A DNA stretch of 64,000 nt from Vicinamibacteria bacterium (GTDB lineage Bacteria > Acidobacteriota > Vicinamibacteria > Marinacidobacterales > Marinacidobacteraceae), in NCBI GenBank assembly GCA_963668695.2, contig CAXXLQ010000004.1, positions 1,600,001 through 1,664,000 of the forward strand, given 5' to 3'. The position numbers and the translations under genes were made by a program. Below are positions 18,335 to 28,134 of the stretch, piece by piece (positions within the stretch are counted from its first letter, which is position 1; the number at the start of each line of letters is the position of its first letter). The notes under the pieces are model-generated. The model did not search any database and had not been told where the DNA came from. It was given only the letters and a program-made list of their open reading frames with translations.

Positions 18335-20791
18335 TCAGGAAGCGGCGGCCCCGGCGGGCGCCGTCACCAGTTCTTCGCGGTTCCGGATTCCCCGGAGAAT
18401 CGCTACTGCGGCCGCCTTGCCGTGGCGTCCGATCTCTCCCACGGGCCCGACGCACGACGGGCATCCTGCCTGGCAGGGGCAGCGTTCGATCAATCCGAGC
18501 GTTTCTCGAAGCAGCGTGGCCCGGGACTCCCAGAGCGGTTCCGAGAAACCGATGCCGCCGGGATAGTTGTCGTAGATGAAGATCCGGGTCGTCGCATCCG
18601 CTTCTCCGGGGATCGCTTCGGCAAAAGTCCCGGGCGCTGCCCGAGGTCCCGCATCCTCAGCGGATGCGGTTCCGATGGCAGACCCGATGTCGTGGGACTC
18701 GCACATCAGGAAGGTGGTCGCCACCGCCCGCATCGCATTCCGGATTCCCCGGATCCCGTCTCGCCGGTCCTCGGGGCCGAAAGGAACCGTGCTCAGTACT
18801 TCGGGCGGCGCCTCCAGCCAGAACGCGGTGGTGTGCATCTCCACGGCCGGCATGTCGAGTTCACCGGAACCGACGTTCTCGTTCGTGAAGAACTTGATTT
18901 TCTTGAAGCCGACGACCTGTTTGACGACGTGAACCTCGCCGTGGGCGGCAGGAGAGGACGGCTCCGGCGCCGTCTCGAAGGTGTCGAGGACACTCACCTT
19001 CGTGTGGGTGACCGCGTCCGTGTAGTAGTCGCTTTCGATGGGACGGACCTCGGCGCGGCGCTCCCGGTGATCCAACTGCTCGACGTAGTAGGTGTCGCTC
19101 TCGAGCATGTAGATCGCCTTTTCGTGGAGGGTCGAGTGCGCGCTCACGAAGTCCACTTCCGCGATGACCCGTCCGCTCTCGCGGTCGTGCACCACGAAGT
19201 TGTCCGAGCTGATGGAGCGCAGGCTCACACTGTTGGCCGGATAGGAATCGGCGGTCCAGAACCACCGGTCGCCGGCCCGGTAGAGGATCCGTTCTTCCTC
19301 GAGCACTCCGAGTAGTTCCTCAAGGTCTTCGCCGCCGAAGCTCTCGCCTTTTCGGAAAGGCAGCTCGAAGGCGGCGCACTTGAGGTGTTCGATCAGGATG
19401 GAGAGGTTGTCCGGGTTGATCAAGCCGCGCTCCGGTGTCCCTTCGAAGAAATAGTCCGGGTGCTGGATGACGAACTGGTTGATCGGCGTCGAGTTCGCAA
19501 CCAGCACCGCGGCCGCGGTCCCGCCGCGGCGTCCGGCCCGGCCCGCCTGCTGCCAGGTGGACGCGATGGTCCCCGGATATCCGGAGATCACCGCGACATC
19601 GAGGCCGCCGATGTCGATTCCCAACTCCAGTGCGTTCGTGGAGACGACGCCGAGGACGCTCCCGTTCTTGATGCCGTCCTCGATCTCGCGGCGCTTCTTC
19701 GGCAGATACCCGCCGCGATATCCGCGGATCCGGTCGCTCCGGTCGGGACGGGTCTCGATGTCCCGCTTCAGGTACTTGACGAGCACCTCGGTCTGCGTCC
19801 GCGAGCGGGCGAACACGATCGTCTGCAGGTTGCCCTTCAGGAAACCGCCCGCGATCCGGCGCGTCTCGTCGAGCACCGAGCGGCGAATCCCGAGTTCCGG
19901 GTTTACCACCGGGGGGTTGTAGAACAGGAAGAACCGTTCCGGCCGCGGCGCGCCGCTCCGGTCCACCAGGGAGATCGGGCGTTCGGTGAGACCTTCCGCC
20001 AGCTCCCGGGGATTCGCGATGGTGGCGGAACTGAGAATGAACTGGGGATTCGCGCCGTAGTGACCGCACACGCGGCGGAGTCGCCGCAGCAGATTGGCCA
20101 GATGGCTGCCGAAAACGCCCCGGTAGGTGTGCATTTCGTCGATGACGACGAAGCGCAGGTTCTCGAACAGCTTGGCCCACTTCGTGTGGTGGGGCAGGAT
20201 GCCGGAATGGAGCATGTCCGGATTCGTGACGACGATGTGCGCCCGAGTCCGGATGCTGCGGCGGGCGTCGCCCGGCGTGTCCCCGTCGTAGACGTCGGCC
20301 CGAATGTCCTCACCGAGCAGATCCTTCTTCTTGACAAGCCTGAGCAGTTCCAGAACTTCCTTTTTCTGGTCCTGCGACAGAGCCTTGGTGGGGAACAGGT
20401 AGAGCGCGCGGGCGTCGGGTTCCCGGAGGATCCGGTTCAGGACCGGCGCGTTGTAGCAGACCGTCTTGCCGGACGCCGTCGGGGTGACTGCCGCGACGCT
20501 CTCGCCCGCTTCGACCCTGTCGAGCACCTCCCGCTGGTGCGAGTAGAGCTGTTCGACACCGCGGTGCCGGAAGGCATCGCGGAGGCGCTCGTCGATGTAA
20601 TTCGGAAAGTCCCGATAGTCGCCGGGCGCCGCCGGAAAGTGGCGAAGGGCGGTGACTCCCGGGAGTGCCGCGCTGGCGTCGAGTTCGGCCACCAGCGATC
20701 GGATGGCGGCGCGACGCTCCGGCGAGGTGAGCGCCGTCCCTGACGTACGGGCAACTCGCCCGGGGCCGTCCTGCAGTTCAGCCGGTTTCAT
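18335..20791 (-). CDS. YprA/MrfA (Hrq1-like) DEAH-box helicase with DUF1998
   Basis: Motifs TPTASGKT, PTKALSQDQ, DEMHTYRGVFGSH, SATIANP, TNALELGIDIG, QQAGRAGR, YDNYPGGIG and CPCQAGCPSC. Confidence 0.95.
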   Translation of the reverse strand: MKPAELQDGPGRVARTSGTALTSPERRAAIRSLVAELDASAALPGVTALRHFPAAPGDYRDFPNYIDERLRDAFRHRGVEQLYSHQREVLDRVEAGESVAAVTPTASGKTVCYNAPVLNRILREPDARALYLFPTKALSQDQKKEVLELLRLVKKKDLLGEDIRADVYDGDTPGDARRSIRTRAHIVVTNPDMLHSGILPHHTKWAKLFENLRFVVIDEMHTYRGVFGSHLANLLRRLRRVCGHYGANPQFILSSATIANPRELAEGLTERPISLVDRSGAPRPERFFLFYNPPVVNPELGIRRSVLDETRRIAGGFLKGNLQTIVFARSRTQTEVLVKYLKRDIETRPDRSDRIRGYRGGYLPKKRREIEDGIKNGSVLGVVSTNALELGIDIGGLDVAVISGYPGTIASTWQQAGRAGRRGGTAAAVLVANSTPINQFVIQHPDYFFEGTPERGLINPDNLSILIEHLKCAAFELPFRKGESFGGEDLEELLGVLEEERILYRAGDRWFWTADSYPANSVSLRSISSDNFVVHDRESGRVIAEVDFVSAHSTLHEKAIYMLESDTYYVEQLDHRERRAEVRPIESDYYTDAVTHTKVSVLDTFETAPEPSSPAAHGEVHVVKQVVGFKKIKFFTNENVGSGELDMPAVEMHTTAFWLEAPPEVLSTVPFGPEDRRDGIRGIRNAMRAVATTFLMCESHDIGSAIGTASAEDAGPRAAPGTFAEAIPGEADATTRIFIYDNYPGGIGFSEPLWESRATLLRETLGLIERCPCQAGCPSCVGPVGEIGRHGKAAAVAILRGIRNREELVTAPAGAAAS

Positions 20792-21040
20792 GGTCTGGGT
20801 TCGGGCGCCGGAGGAGTCTGATGAGTGGGGGAATCCCACGGCTGAAAGACACTGTATCCGGCCCCGGTGACAAATCACGCCACCTCTGGAGGGGTGGGTG
20901 GCGGAGGTCCACCCGGACCGAGGGTCAGAATCCCCGGGAGGACTTCCGCGAAACCGGCACGGTGCGTATTGCGCGTTTCGCTGCCGTCCGGGCAGCGGTG
21001 CCGGTCAGAGGCCCCACCGGGAGAACTGGCCGGCGCTCCT

Positions 21041-21138
21041 TGGCGGAAGCGTGTGGGAATCGAACCCACCATCCCGGGGACTAACCCGGAATCAACGGAT
21101 TTGAAGTCCGCGGAGGCCGCCAGACCCCATGCGCTTCC
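21041..21138 (-). tRNA. selC: tRNA-Sec (UCA)
   Basis: GGAAGCGC...GCGGAC-TTCAAA-TCCGT, long variable arm, GGTTCGATTCC, 8-bp acceptor stem, GCCA end; 98 nt. Confidence 0.93.
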
Positions 21139-21176
21139 CCTGAAGCGTTCCGGGTCGCCCCGGCGCGCTGAGACCC

Positions 21177-21252
21177 TGGTGGAGCTGACGGGGATCGAAC
21201 CCGTGACCTCGTGAATGCCATTCACGCGCGCTCCCAGTTGCGCCACAGCCCC
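21177..21252 (-). tRNA. tRNA-Ala (GGC)
   Basis: GGGGCTGTGGCGCAACTGGGAGCGCG...TGGCA...GGTTCGATCCCC...CTCCACCA. Confidence 0.97.
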
Positions 21253-21378
21253 AACTCAGGTCCAGAAAGGAAAAGATGCCGCTCTGCCCTCCCGAGGAGC
21301 GCCGATTTTAGCAGCCAACCCCGGTTCAGCCTCCGGCTCCGCCCGTCGGGCCGGCCGGCATACGCGGTTCGGGATACC

Positions 21379-21416
21379 TTGACACAAGTGTTACTGTATA
21401 GCTCTCTATCTACACA
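21379..21416 (+). promoter_or_regulatory. Putative promoter/operator of vapBC
   Basis: AT-rich patch with TTGACA and imperfect palindrome tgtatag-ctct-ctatctaca just upstream of the antitoxin. The -10 spacing is not canonical. Confidence 0.35.
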
Positions 21417-21428
21417 TCAGGAATCCTC

Positions 21429-21683
21429 ATGGCTCTGAACATCCGCAACCCCGAGGCGGAGCAGCTCGCCACCGAGCTTGCGCGGATTACCGGGGAGACG
21501 AAGACGGCGGCGGTGACGAAAGCCCTGCGAGACCGGCTGGGGCGAGTACGGCGCGACCGCGACACGAGGAGCCTCGCCGACCGGCTGGTGGCGATCGGAA
21601 GGGAGTGCGCCGCCCTCCCGATTCTGGATAAGCGTTCCGCCGATGAGATCCTGGGCTACGGTGAGGACGGGCTTCCGGACTGA
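21429..21683 (+). CDS. vapB: VapB-type antitoxin (Rv0623-like)
   Basis: MALNIRNPEAEQLATELARITGETKTAAVTKALRDRL...DEILGYGEDGLP. Confidence 0.9.
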   Translation: MALNIRNPEAEQLATELARITGETKTAAVTKALRDRLGRVRRDRDTRSLADRLVAIGRECAALPILDKRSADEILGYGEDGLPD

Positions 21684-22078
21684 TGGTTGTAGACGCTTCC
21701 GCGCTGCTCGCCATACTGCAGGCGGAACCGGAGGCCCGGCGCTTTGCCGAGGTAATCGAGGCGGCCTCGCGGCCAACGCTTTCCGTCGTTTCGTTCGTGG
21801 AAGCGTCCATGGTGCTGGATTCCCGTTACGGCCCTGCGGGAAGAGACCGATTGGACCGCCTGCTCCGAGAGAGCCGCATGGAGTTGGCGCCCGTGGACAT
21901 CGAGCAGGCCCAGATCGCCCGTGACGCGTTCCGGGACTTCGGAAGGGGCCGCCATGCGGCGCGTTTGAATTTCGGCGACTGTTTCTCGTACGCGCTGGCG
22001 AAACAGCGGAGCGAGGCGCTGCTCTTCAAGGGCGCCGACTTCGTCCACACGGACATCCGCCCGGCCGTCGCACCGTAG
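21683..22078 (+). CDS. vapC: VapC PIN-domain toxin
   Basis: MVVDASALLAIL..E, LNFGDCFSYALA, LLFKGADF..TD. Confidence 0.95.
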   Translation: MVVDASALLAILQAEPEARRFAEVIEAASRPTLSVVSFVEASMVLDSRYGPAGRDRLDRLLRESRMELAPVDIEQAQIARDAFRDFGRGRHAARLNFGDCFSYALAKQRSEALLFKGADFVHTDIRPAVAP

Positions 22079-22112
22079 GCCGTTTTGGGGCGATCTGTTC
22101 GCCCCCCCGGGG

Positions 22113-22352
22113 TTAGCAGCCTGTGGTGAAACCCAGGCGGCCCAGTTCTCCCGGTGGGGGCTCGAGCGGCGATCCATCCCGGCTGAACCACTCCGCTTCG
22201 CTCCGTTCTGCGTTGCGTTTCGGTCGAAATACACCCGGGCCAGTTCTCCCGGTGGGGGCTCCTCCCTCACGCGCCTTGTCAGCCGGGCGCCTCGCCCCCA
22301 CCGGGAGAACTGGCCGCTCTCGGCGCTCACCCGGGTTCCACCACAGGCTGTC
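22113..22352. mobile_element. MITE-like repeat element, copy 3
   Basis: ttagcagcctgtggtgaaacc...ccaccacaggctgt; the right end abuts the dctM stop codon. Confidence 0.8.
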
Positions 22353-23643
22353 AGGGTCCGGCTCTCCCAAGAACCAGGTCCGGAAGGAAGAGGGCCGCCT
22401 CCGGCCAGAAGGTGACGATTCCCAGCACCACCAGCAGCGCCGCGATGAAGAACACGTTGACCCGCATCACCGCCGATATCTCGGTCTTGGCGATCGAGCA
22501 GGTGGTGATGAGCACCGAGGCGACGGGCGGTGTCTGCTGCCCTACCGCGAGGCTCACGGTCACCATCATCCCGAAATGCACGGTGCCAATCCCCGCCGAT
22601 TCGGCGAGCGGCAGCAGGATGGGCACGAGGAGAACGATGGCCGCGGCGCTGTGCAGGATGGTTCCGGCGAGCAGCAGCACGCCGTTCAGGATCAGGGCGA
22701 CCGCCCAGGGGGAGTCCGCGAGTGAGAGCACCCACCCGGTCAGCCGCTCGGGCGCCTGCTGGTTCGCCAGGTACCAACCGAGGACCGCCGATCCCGCGAC
22801 CAGCAGCATGACGACCGCCGTCTGCCGGGCCGATTCCGTGAAGGCGTCGCGGATGGCCGTGAAACCAACGGTCCGGTACCCGGCGACTCCCATCAGCAGC
22901 GCGAGCAACACCGCGACTGCCGCCGCTTCGGTGGCGGTGAACCAGCCGAGGAAGATGCCGCCGAGGATCACGGCCGGGATGAGCAGCGGCCAGGCGGCGG
23001 CCCGGGCGGCGGTGACGGCCCGCGACCAGCGAAAGGGCTCCGAGTCCCCGAACCCGCCCCGGCGGGCGAGCATCCGGCTCACCACCATGATCAAGGCCCC
23101 GGCGAGCACCCCGGGAACTACTCCGGCGAGGAACAGGCGGGCGATCGAGGCCCCCGTCACGGCGCCGTAGAGGATCATCGGGATGGACGGAGGGATGAGG
23201 ATCGCAATGGTCGCCGAGGAGGAGAGCACCGCTGCGGCGAAAGCGGCGGGATAGCCGCGCTCCTTCATCGCGGGTATCAGCACGCTCCCGAGGGCGGCCG
23301 CGTCGGCCACCGCCGAGCCCGACATCTCGGAGAACAGCATGCTCGAGGCGGTGGTGGTCATCGCCAGTCCCCCGCGCATCCAGCCGACGATCGAGGAGGC
23401 AAAATCGGTGAGGCGACGGGAGATGCCCGCGTGGTTCATCAGCGAACCAGCGAGGATGAAGAGCGGAATCGCGACCAGCGGGAAGGAATCGGTCCCGTTG
23501 AACAGCCGAAGGGGAACGACCACCAGTGGAGTTGAGGTGGTAAGCCAGATGGCGAGAACGGATGCGGCGATCAGGACGTACCCGATCGGAATCCCGACCA
23601 GGATGAGCGCCGCCGCCGCGATCAGCGCGGTGAGGATCTCCAC
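22351..23643 (-). CDS. dctM: TRAP transporter large permease
   Basis: Motifs FPLVAIPLFILAGSLM, SGSAVADAAA, LIPPSIPMILYG, FTATEAAA, GQQTPPV. Confidence 0.95.
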   Translation of the reverse strand: MEILTALIAAAALILVGIPIGYVLIAASVLAIWLTTSTPLVVVPLRLFNGTDSFPLVAIPLFILAGSLMNHAGISRRLTDFASSIVGWMRGGLAMTTTASSMLFSEMSGSAVADAAALGSVLIPAMKERGYPAAFAAAVLSSSATIAILIPPSIPMILYGAVTGASIARLFLAGVVPGVLAGALIMVVSRMLARRGGFGDSEPFRWSRAVTAARAAAWPLLIPAVILGGIFLGWFTATEAAAVAVLLALLMGVAGYRTVGFTAIRDAFTESARQTAVVMLLVAGSAVLGWYLANQQAPERLTGWVLSLADSPWAVALILNGVLLLAGTILHSAAAIVLLVPILLPLAESAGIGTVHFGMMVTVSLAVGQQTPPVASVLITTCSIAKTEISAVMRVNVFFIAALLVVLGIVTFWPEAALFLPDLVLGRAGP

Positions 23644-23646
23644 TGT

Positions 23647-23907
23647 CTCAACAGCCGGTGGTGGAACCCGGGTGAGCGCCGAGCCCGGTGAGGCCCAGTT
23701 CTCCCGGTGGGGCCAGTTCTCCCGGTGGGGGCCCGGCTGACAAGGCGCGTGAGGGAGGAGCCCCCACCGGGAGAACTGGCCCGGGTGTATTTCGACCGAA
23801 ACGCAACGCAGAACGAAGCGAAGCAGAGTGGTTCATCCGGGATGGATCGCCGGGCGAGCTCCCACCGGGAGAACTGGACCGCTTGGGTTTCAGCACAGGC
23901 TGTTGAG
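23647..23907. mobile_element. MITE-like repeat element, copy 4 (inside the TRAP operon)
   Basis: ctcaacagccggtgg...cacaggctgttgag inverted ends; includes a tandem double 18-mer. Confidence 0.8.
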
Positions 23908-23913
23908 ATCGGC

Positions 23914-24381
23914 TCAGTCTTCCGGGTGGCGGAGGACCGCGACGAGGCGCCGGGTCTCGAGCACCGCGGTCAGCACTGCAAAGAGCGGCAGCACCAGATA
24001 AAAGGCTCCCATCGGAATCGGCATGGTGATGGCGCGCTCGGTCAGGAACCGCAGCACCAGCACCGTGCCGAACCAGGCGATGACGAGGTGGAGGGCGAGC
24101 ACCGCGGCGTGTTCCAGGATCCGGGCGATCCGCCGCGGGCGGGGCCCCAGACGGCTCACCAGGTCCCGGATCCCGATGTGGGCTCCGTCCCGCCGCGCGA
24201 GCACCGCCCCCAGGAAGGTGAGCCAGACGAGCGCGAACCCCGCCAGCTCGTCGTAAAAGCCGAGCCCGGCCCCGAAGCCGTAACGGAGTGTCACCTCGAC
24301 GAGGCAGAGCGCCGCGATGGCTCCCAGCAGGAGCGAACAGGCGACGGCCAGGGGGTCCCGCCGCCGCGGGGGCGTCGTCAG
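23914..24381 (-). CDS. dctQ: TRAP transporter small permease
   Basis: Four TM helices, VTLRY, DELAGFALVWLTFLGA, GAHIGI. Start probably the CTG overlapping the dctP stop, giving 155 aa. Confidence 0.88.
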   Translation of the reverse strand: MTTPPRRRDPLAVACSLLLGAIAALCLVEVTLRYGFGAGLGFYDELAGFALVWLTFLGAVLARRDGAHIGIRDLVSRLGPRPRRIARILEHAAVLALHLVIAWFGTVLVLRFLTERAITMPIPMGAFYLVLPLFAVLTAVLETRRLVAVLRHPED

Positions 24382-25364
24382 TGCGCCAGTCCCCGTGCCG
24401 TTTCGATCCACTCGCTGCCGAACCGCATCTCGTAGTGCTCGAAGACGGGCGCCGCCGCCGCGGCGAAGGCCGGGCGGTCCACCTCGTTCACCGCGAGCTG
24501 GTCTTCGAGAGTTGCGAGCAGGCGGGTGTCTTCCTCCGTCAGGAAGTCCCGGAGCCAATCGCCGGTCTCGCGCGCCGCTTGCCGGAGGCCGGCCTGCAGG
24601 TTCTCGGGAAGACTCTCGAACCAGGCGGTCCGCATGACCGGATAGGCCGGGGTGTAGACGTGGTTCGAGAGCGAAAGGTATTCCTGCACTTCGTGGAACC
24701 GCGCCGCCGTCAACTGCGCGAGCGGGTTCTCCTGTCCGTCCACCACCCCCTGGCGGAGCGCCGAAAACACCTCGCCGAAGCTCATGGAGGCGGGGTTCGC
24801 GCCGAGGGTCTGGAAGAGGCGAACGCGCTCGGGGTCCTTGGGCGTCCGGAGGCGGATGCCCTGAAGGTCGGCGGGGGTCACTATGGGGCGGACGTTGTTC
24901 GTGATCACCCGGAATCCGTTTTCCCAAAACGCGAGCAGCGTCAGGCCGTGATCCCGCTGGAGGGTCGCTTCGAGACTCTCGCCGATGGAGCTGGCCGCGA
25001 TCCTCTCGAAGTGGTCCCGGTCGGCGATGAGGAACGGGAGATCGAAGATCCCGAATTCGGGAGCGACCGAGTGCATGACCGAGGACGGAACGTGCATCTC
25101 GAGGGTGCCCAGGCGGAGCCCCTCGAGCATTTCCTTGTCCTCGCCGAGCTGGCCGGTGCCGAAGATCCGGATCTCGACCTCGCCCGGGAATCGGGCCTCG
25201 ACCAGCTCCTTGAAATGCCTCGCCCCGTGGTCGAAGGGGGAGCCGGGAAAGCCGATATGACCGAGCCGGATCACCCGGGGCCCGTCGGCGTCGCCTCTGC
25301 CCCCGCATCCCGCTGCGCCGGCGGCGAGTCCCGCGGCGAGGAGCGCGAGGAGCGGTCGGGTCAT
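24378..25364 (-). CDS. dctP: TRAP transporter substrate-binding lipoprotein
   Basis: Lipobox-like AAGC; motifs GQLG, FDLPFL, WENGFR, DLQGIRLR, GVVDGQENP, EVQEYLSLSNH. Confidence 0.95.
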   Translation of the reverse strand: MTRPLLALLAAGLAAGAAGCGGRGDADGPRVIRLGHIGFPGSPFDHGARHFKELVEARFPGEVEIRIFGTGQLGEDKEMLEGLRLGTLEMHVPSSVMHSVAPEFGIFDLPFLIADRDHFERIAASSIGESLEATLQRDHGLTLLAFWENGFRVITNNVRPIVTPADLQGIRLRTPKDPERVRLFQTLGANPASMSFGEVFSALRQGVVDGQENPLAQLTAARFHEVQEYLSLSNHVYTPAYPVMRTAWFESLPENLQAGLRQAARETGDWLRDFLTEEDTRLLATLEDQLAVNEVDRPAFAAAAAPVFEHYEMRFGSEWIETARGLAH

Positions 25365-25455
25365 CCGGGCTCGGGCGATTGAGCGCAGGCAGCCGCCGGG
25401 CGTCGCTCTGCCGTTCACGGTCTTCGCCTGGGTGCGGCTGCGGGAACCTGCGAGA

Positions 25456-27519
25456 TCAGGGTTGCGAATCGGTCGTCCCGGTTTCCCCGGTGACGTGCTC
25501 CCATAGCTCGAGGGCGTGACGGGTAAGGGCAGGCAGATCCTCACCGAGGAGATATCCGGCATCGATCAACTCGAGCGCCGCTTCGGTGAACCGCCCCAGG
25601 TAGTCCTCCCTGCTTGCGTAGCGGTCGCTGACGGACGCCCGCGGATCGCCGGCAGTTTGCGCCTCGGCGGCGGTCTTCGGGAACGGCACGAAAGAACCGA
25701 CCATGCTGGAGACCTCGTCCGGCGGGCCGGACTCGGCGTTGAAGAGGTTCCAGCCGGTGTAGGTTGCGAGGGGTACCGCAACTTCGGGCATCCGGATGCC
25801 GGCGACCTCGTTCCCGTCCTCGTCCACCGCGGACACCCGAATCGGGAAGCGCTTGCCGATGATTGGCGGCTCCTGGGTCACGACCCCCGTGGTCGCGAAA
25901 TCCGGGCCGTAGTCGGCGCGATAGGCGTAGTGGACCCGGTCCGAGGTCGCCACCCCGGGAATGTCCGGGAATCCGAGGTTCTCGGCGGCGACCGCCGTGC
26001 CCTCCTCGATGCTCGGATACCGGCTCGGTGGGGGAGAGTCACCGCCCCGGGTCCAACCGTCCATCGCCAGCAGCAGGGCGCGCTGTCCCCAGCGGAAGTT
26101 GTTGGGATTGGCGCGCTGCTGGCCGATGGTGACGCTGGGAGGGAAACCCGCGGGTCCGTGCTGGGAACTGGCGTACATGTAGACGCGCACATGGTCCGGG
26201 ATGCGGGCGTCTTCGGTGGCGTCCAACGTGGTGTGGATGAGGCTCGCGGCGCGACCCCAGTATTCGTAGGAGGAGTTCGTGTAGAAGACCCGGGGGTAGA
26301 ACGTCTCGCGCTGCCGGGTGAGGAGTCCCGCGGTCAATCCGGTTTCCGGATCGGTCTGTTCCACGTCGGTGAAGGGGAAGATGTCCGTGGGGTGGAACAT
26401 GTTCATGTAGGGGTGGGCATCCCTCGATGCCTGGGCGAAGCGGTGGTTGAAGCTGCCACGGCCGCCGCCCGCCACGTCGGCGATCACCGCGTCGAGCACC
26501 CGGCGCCCCTTCTCGTCTCCGTTGAACCCGTAGTACATGAACGTCCGCAGGAAGCGCCCGCTCTGTGAAACCCCGAAGCTGATGGCGCTCGTGATGTCGC
26601 CCGCGGCGATTCCGAGTTCTTCGGATCCGTCGTGCCGCAGCAGGGTGACGAAGTCACGGATGCCGGCGGGGCCGAGGCCCACCAGCGGCGGGTTGTGCGA
26701 GCGGTAGACGACCTCGTAGATGCGGTGCGGCTGGAAACCGCCCTTCAAGTACACCGCGCCGTCGTCGGGCACCACGGAGCCGTTGTCAACCCGACCGAAG
26801 CCCCACTGTTCAGGGGGAATGACTTCTCGTTCGTCTTCCACCCGGTGGCGTACCGTCAGGACGTTCACTGCGTCCTCCGGATCCTTCACCCGGTAGGGCC
26901 GGTGGTTGCGGTCGGCGAGCGTGTGGTGATCGGTGGCGCTTCGGACCACGAAGTCGGCCCGCACCAGACCCTCGATGGCGGAGCCGTCCGGGTTCGTCGC
27001 GATCGGTGGGTGCATCCGCATCCGGAGCGGGTCGTCGTCCGGTACGTCCCACTGCCAGCCGAGCCAGAGCAGCGTGAACCCGTGGCGCATCAGGAAGCCG
27101 TCGCCGAAGTGCGCTTCGGTCGTCGGCGCGAGGCTACCCTGCGCCATGTTGAAGTAACCGAGCATTCCCTTCCGCCCGCGGTTGTTCACCTCGTGCAGCA
27201 GGGTGCCCCGGCTTTTTTCCATCACCTTGGGGCGGACCAGGTGGAAATCGGCGGACATCTCCACCTTTCCATCGGCGTTTTGCGGAGCGAGCGCGATGTC
27301 GGTGATGATGCGGTTGGCGTCGTTTTCGGGATCGAAGGCGAAATGGACGACCCCGATGATCTGCTCGTAGGGACCTGCCAGGCCGAAGCTCTTGCCCCCG
27401 AGCACATCCGAACGCTCGCGGATTTCGAACCCCACGACCTCGGCGGTGGCGGGAACCGCAAGCGCGGTCAGCAGCAAACACAGGAAGGCGACTGCGGTTC
27501 GCCCGTTTCCTCTCGTCAT
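25456..27519 (-). CDS. Secreted alpha/beta-hydrolase-domain protein
   Basis: Signal peptide; motifs EVNNRG, GWQWD, nucleophile elbow GVSQSGRFLR, SYEYWGRAASL, VDEDGNEVAGIRMP. Confidence 0.8.
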   Translation of the reverse strand: MTRGNGRTAVAFLCLLLTALAVPATAEVVGFEIRERSDVLGGKSFGLAGPYEQIIGVVHFAFDPENDANRIITDIALAPQNADGKVEMSADFHLVRPKVMEKSRGTLLHEVNNRGRKGMLGYFNMAQGSLAPTTEAHFGDGFLMRHGFTLLWLGWQWDVPDDDPLRMRMHPPIATNPDGSAIEGLVRADFVVRSATDHHTLADRNHRPYRVKDPEDAVNVLTVRHRVEDEREVIPPEQWGFGRVDNGSVVPDDGAVYLKGGFQPHRIYEVVYRSHNPPLVGLGPAGIRDFVTLLRHDGSEELGIAAGDITSAISFGVSQSGRFLRTFMYYGFNGDEKGRRVLDAVIADVAGGGRGSFNHRFAQASRDAHPYMNMFHPTDIFPFTDVEQTDPETGLTAGLLTRQRETFYPRVFYTNSSYEYWGRAASLIHTTLDATEDARIPDHVRVYMYASSQHGPAGFPPSVTIGQQRANPNNFRWGQRALLLAMDGWTRGGDSPPPSRYPSIEEGTAVAAENLGFPDIPGVATSDRVHYAYRADYGPDFATTGVVTQEPPIIGKRFPIRVSAVDEDGNEVAGIRMPEVAVPLATYTGWNLFNAESGPPDEVSSMVGSFVPFPKTAAEAQTAGDPRASVSDRYASREDYLGRFTEAALELIDAGYLLGEDLPALTRHALELWEHVTGETGTTDSQP

Positions 27520-27566
27520 ACCTGAATCCTCCTAAGAGATTAAGGATGGCGAAGATACCGCAGGCC

Positions 27567-28113
27567 GGCAGCCGGTAGTGGAGCCCGGGTGAGCGCCGAG
27601 GCCGGCCAGTCCTCCCGGTGGGGGCGAGGCGCCCGGCTGACAAGGCGCGTGAGGGAGGAATACCGGGTGTATTTCGACCGAAACGCAACGATGAGCGGCG
27701 CGCAGCGACGCGGGTAACAGCCGGTGGTGGAACCCACGTGAGCGCCGAGGCCGGCGAGGCCCAGTTCTCCCGGTGGGGCCAGTTCTCCCGGTGGGGGCCC
27801 GGCTGACGAGGCGCGTGAGGGAGGAATACCGAGTGTATTTCGACCGAAGCGCAACGATGAGCGGCGCGCAGCGACGCGGTTCAACCGGGATGGATCGCCG
27901 GCCGAACGCCGCGCGGGTTTCATCACCGGCTGTTCAACCGGGATGGATCGCCGGCCGAACGCCGCGCGGGTTTCATCACCGGCTGTTTGGCCGGGATGGA
28001 TCGCCGGCCGAACGGCGCGCGGGTTTCATTACCGGCTGTTTGGCCGGGATGGATCGCCGGCCGAGCCCCCACCGGGAGAACTGGGCCGCGCGGGTTCCAC
28101 TACCGGCTGCTAG
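27567..28113. mobile_element. Nested MITE-like elements with a 4x 53-bp tandem terminus
   Basis: A second left end begins at about 27715. The terminal unit repeats at 27884, 27937, 27990 and 28043; only the last carries the 18-bp insert. Confidence 0.8.
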
Positions 28114-28134
28114 CCGGCCCCGGGTGGTCAGACC

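Noticed and set aside
16836-20791. DUF1998 helicase as a DISARM/Druantia-type defence system
   Set aside because: It is paired with a YprB-type exonuclease, the MrfAB DNA-repair arrangement. No methylase, PLD nuclease or other defence partners are present.
22374-22395. ccaggtccggaaggaag resembling the SRP RNA core motif
   Set aside because: It lies antisense within the dctM coding sequence, lacks the following CAGC and has no enclosing helix.
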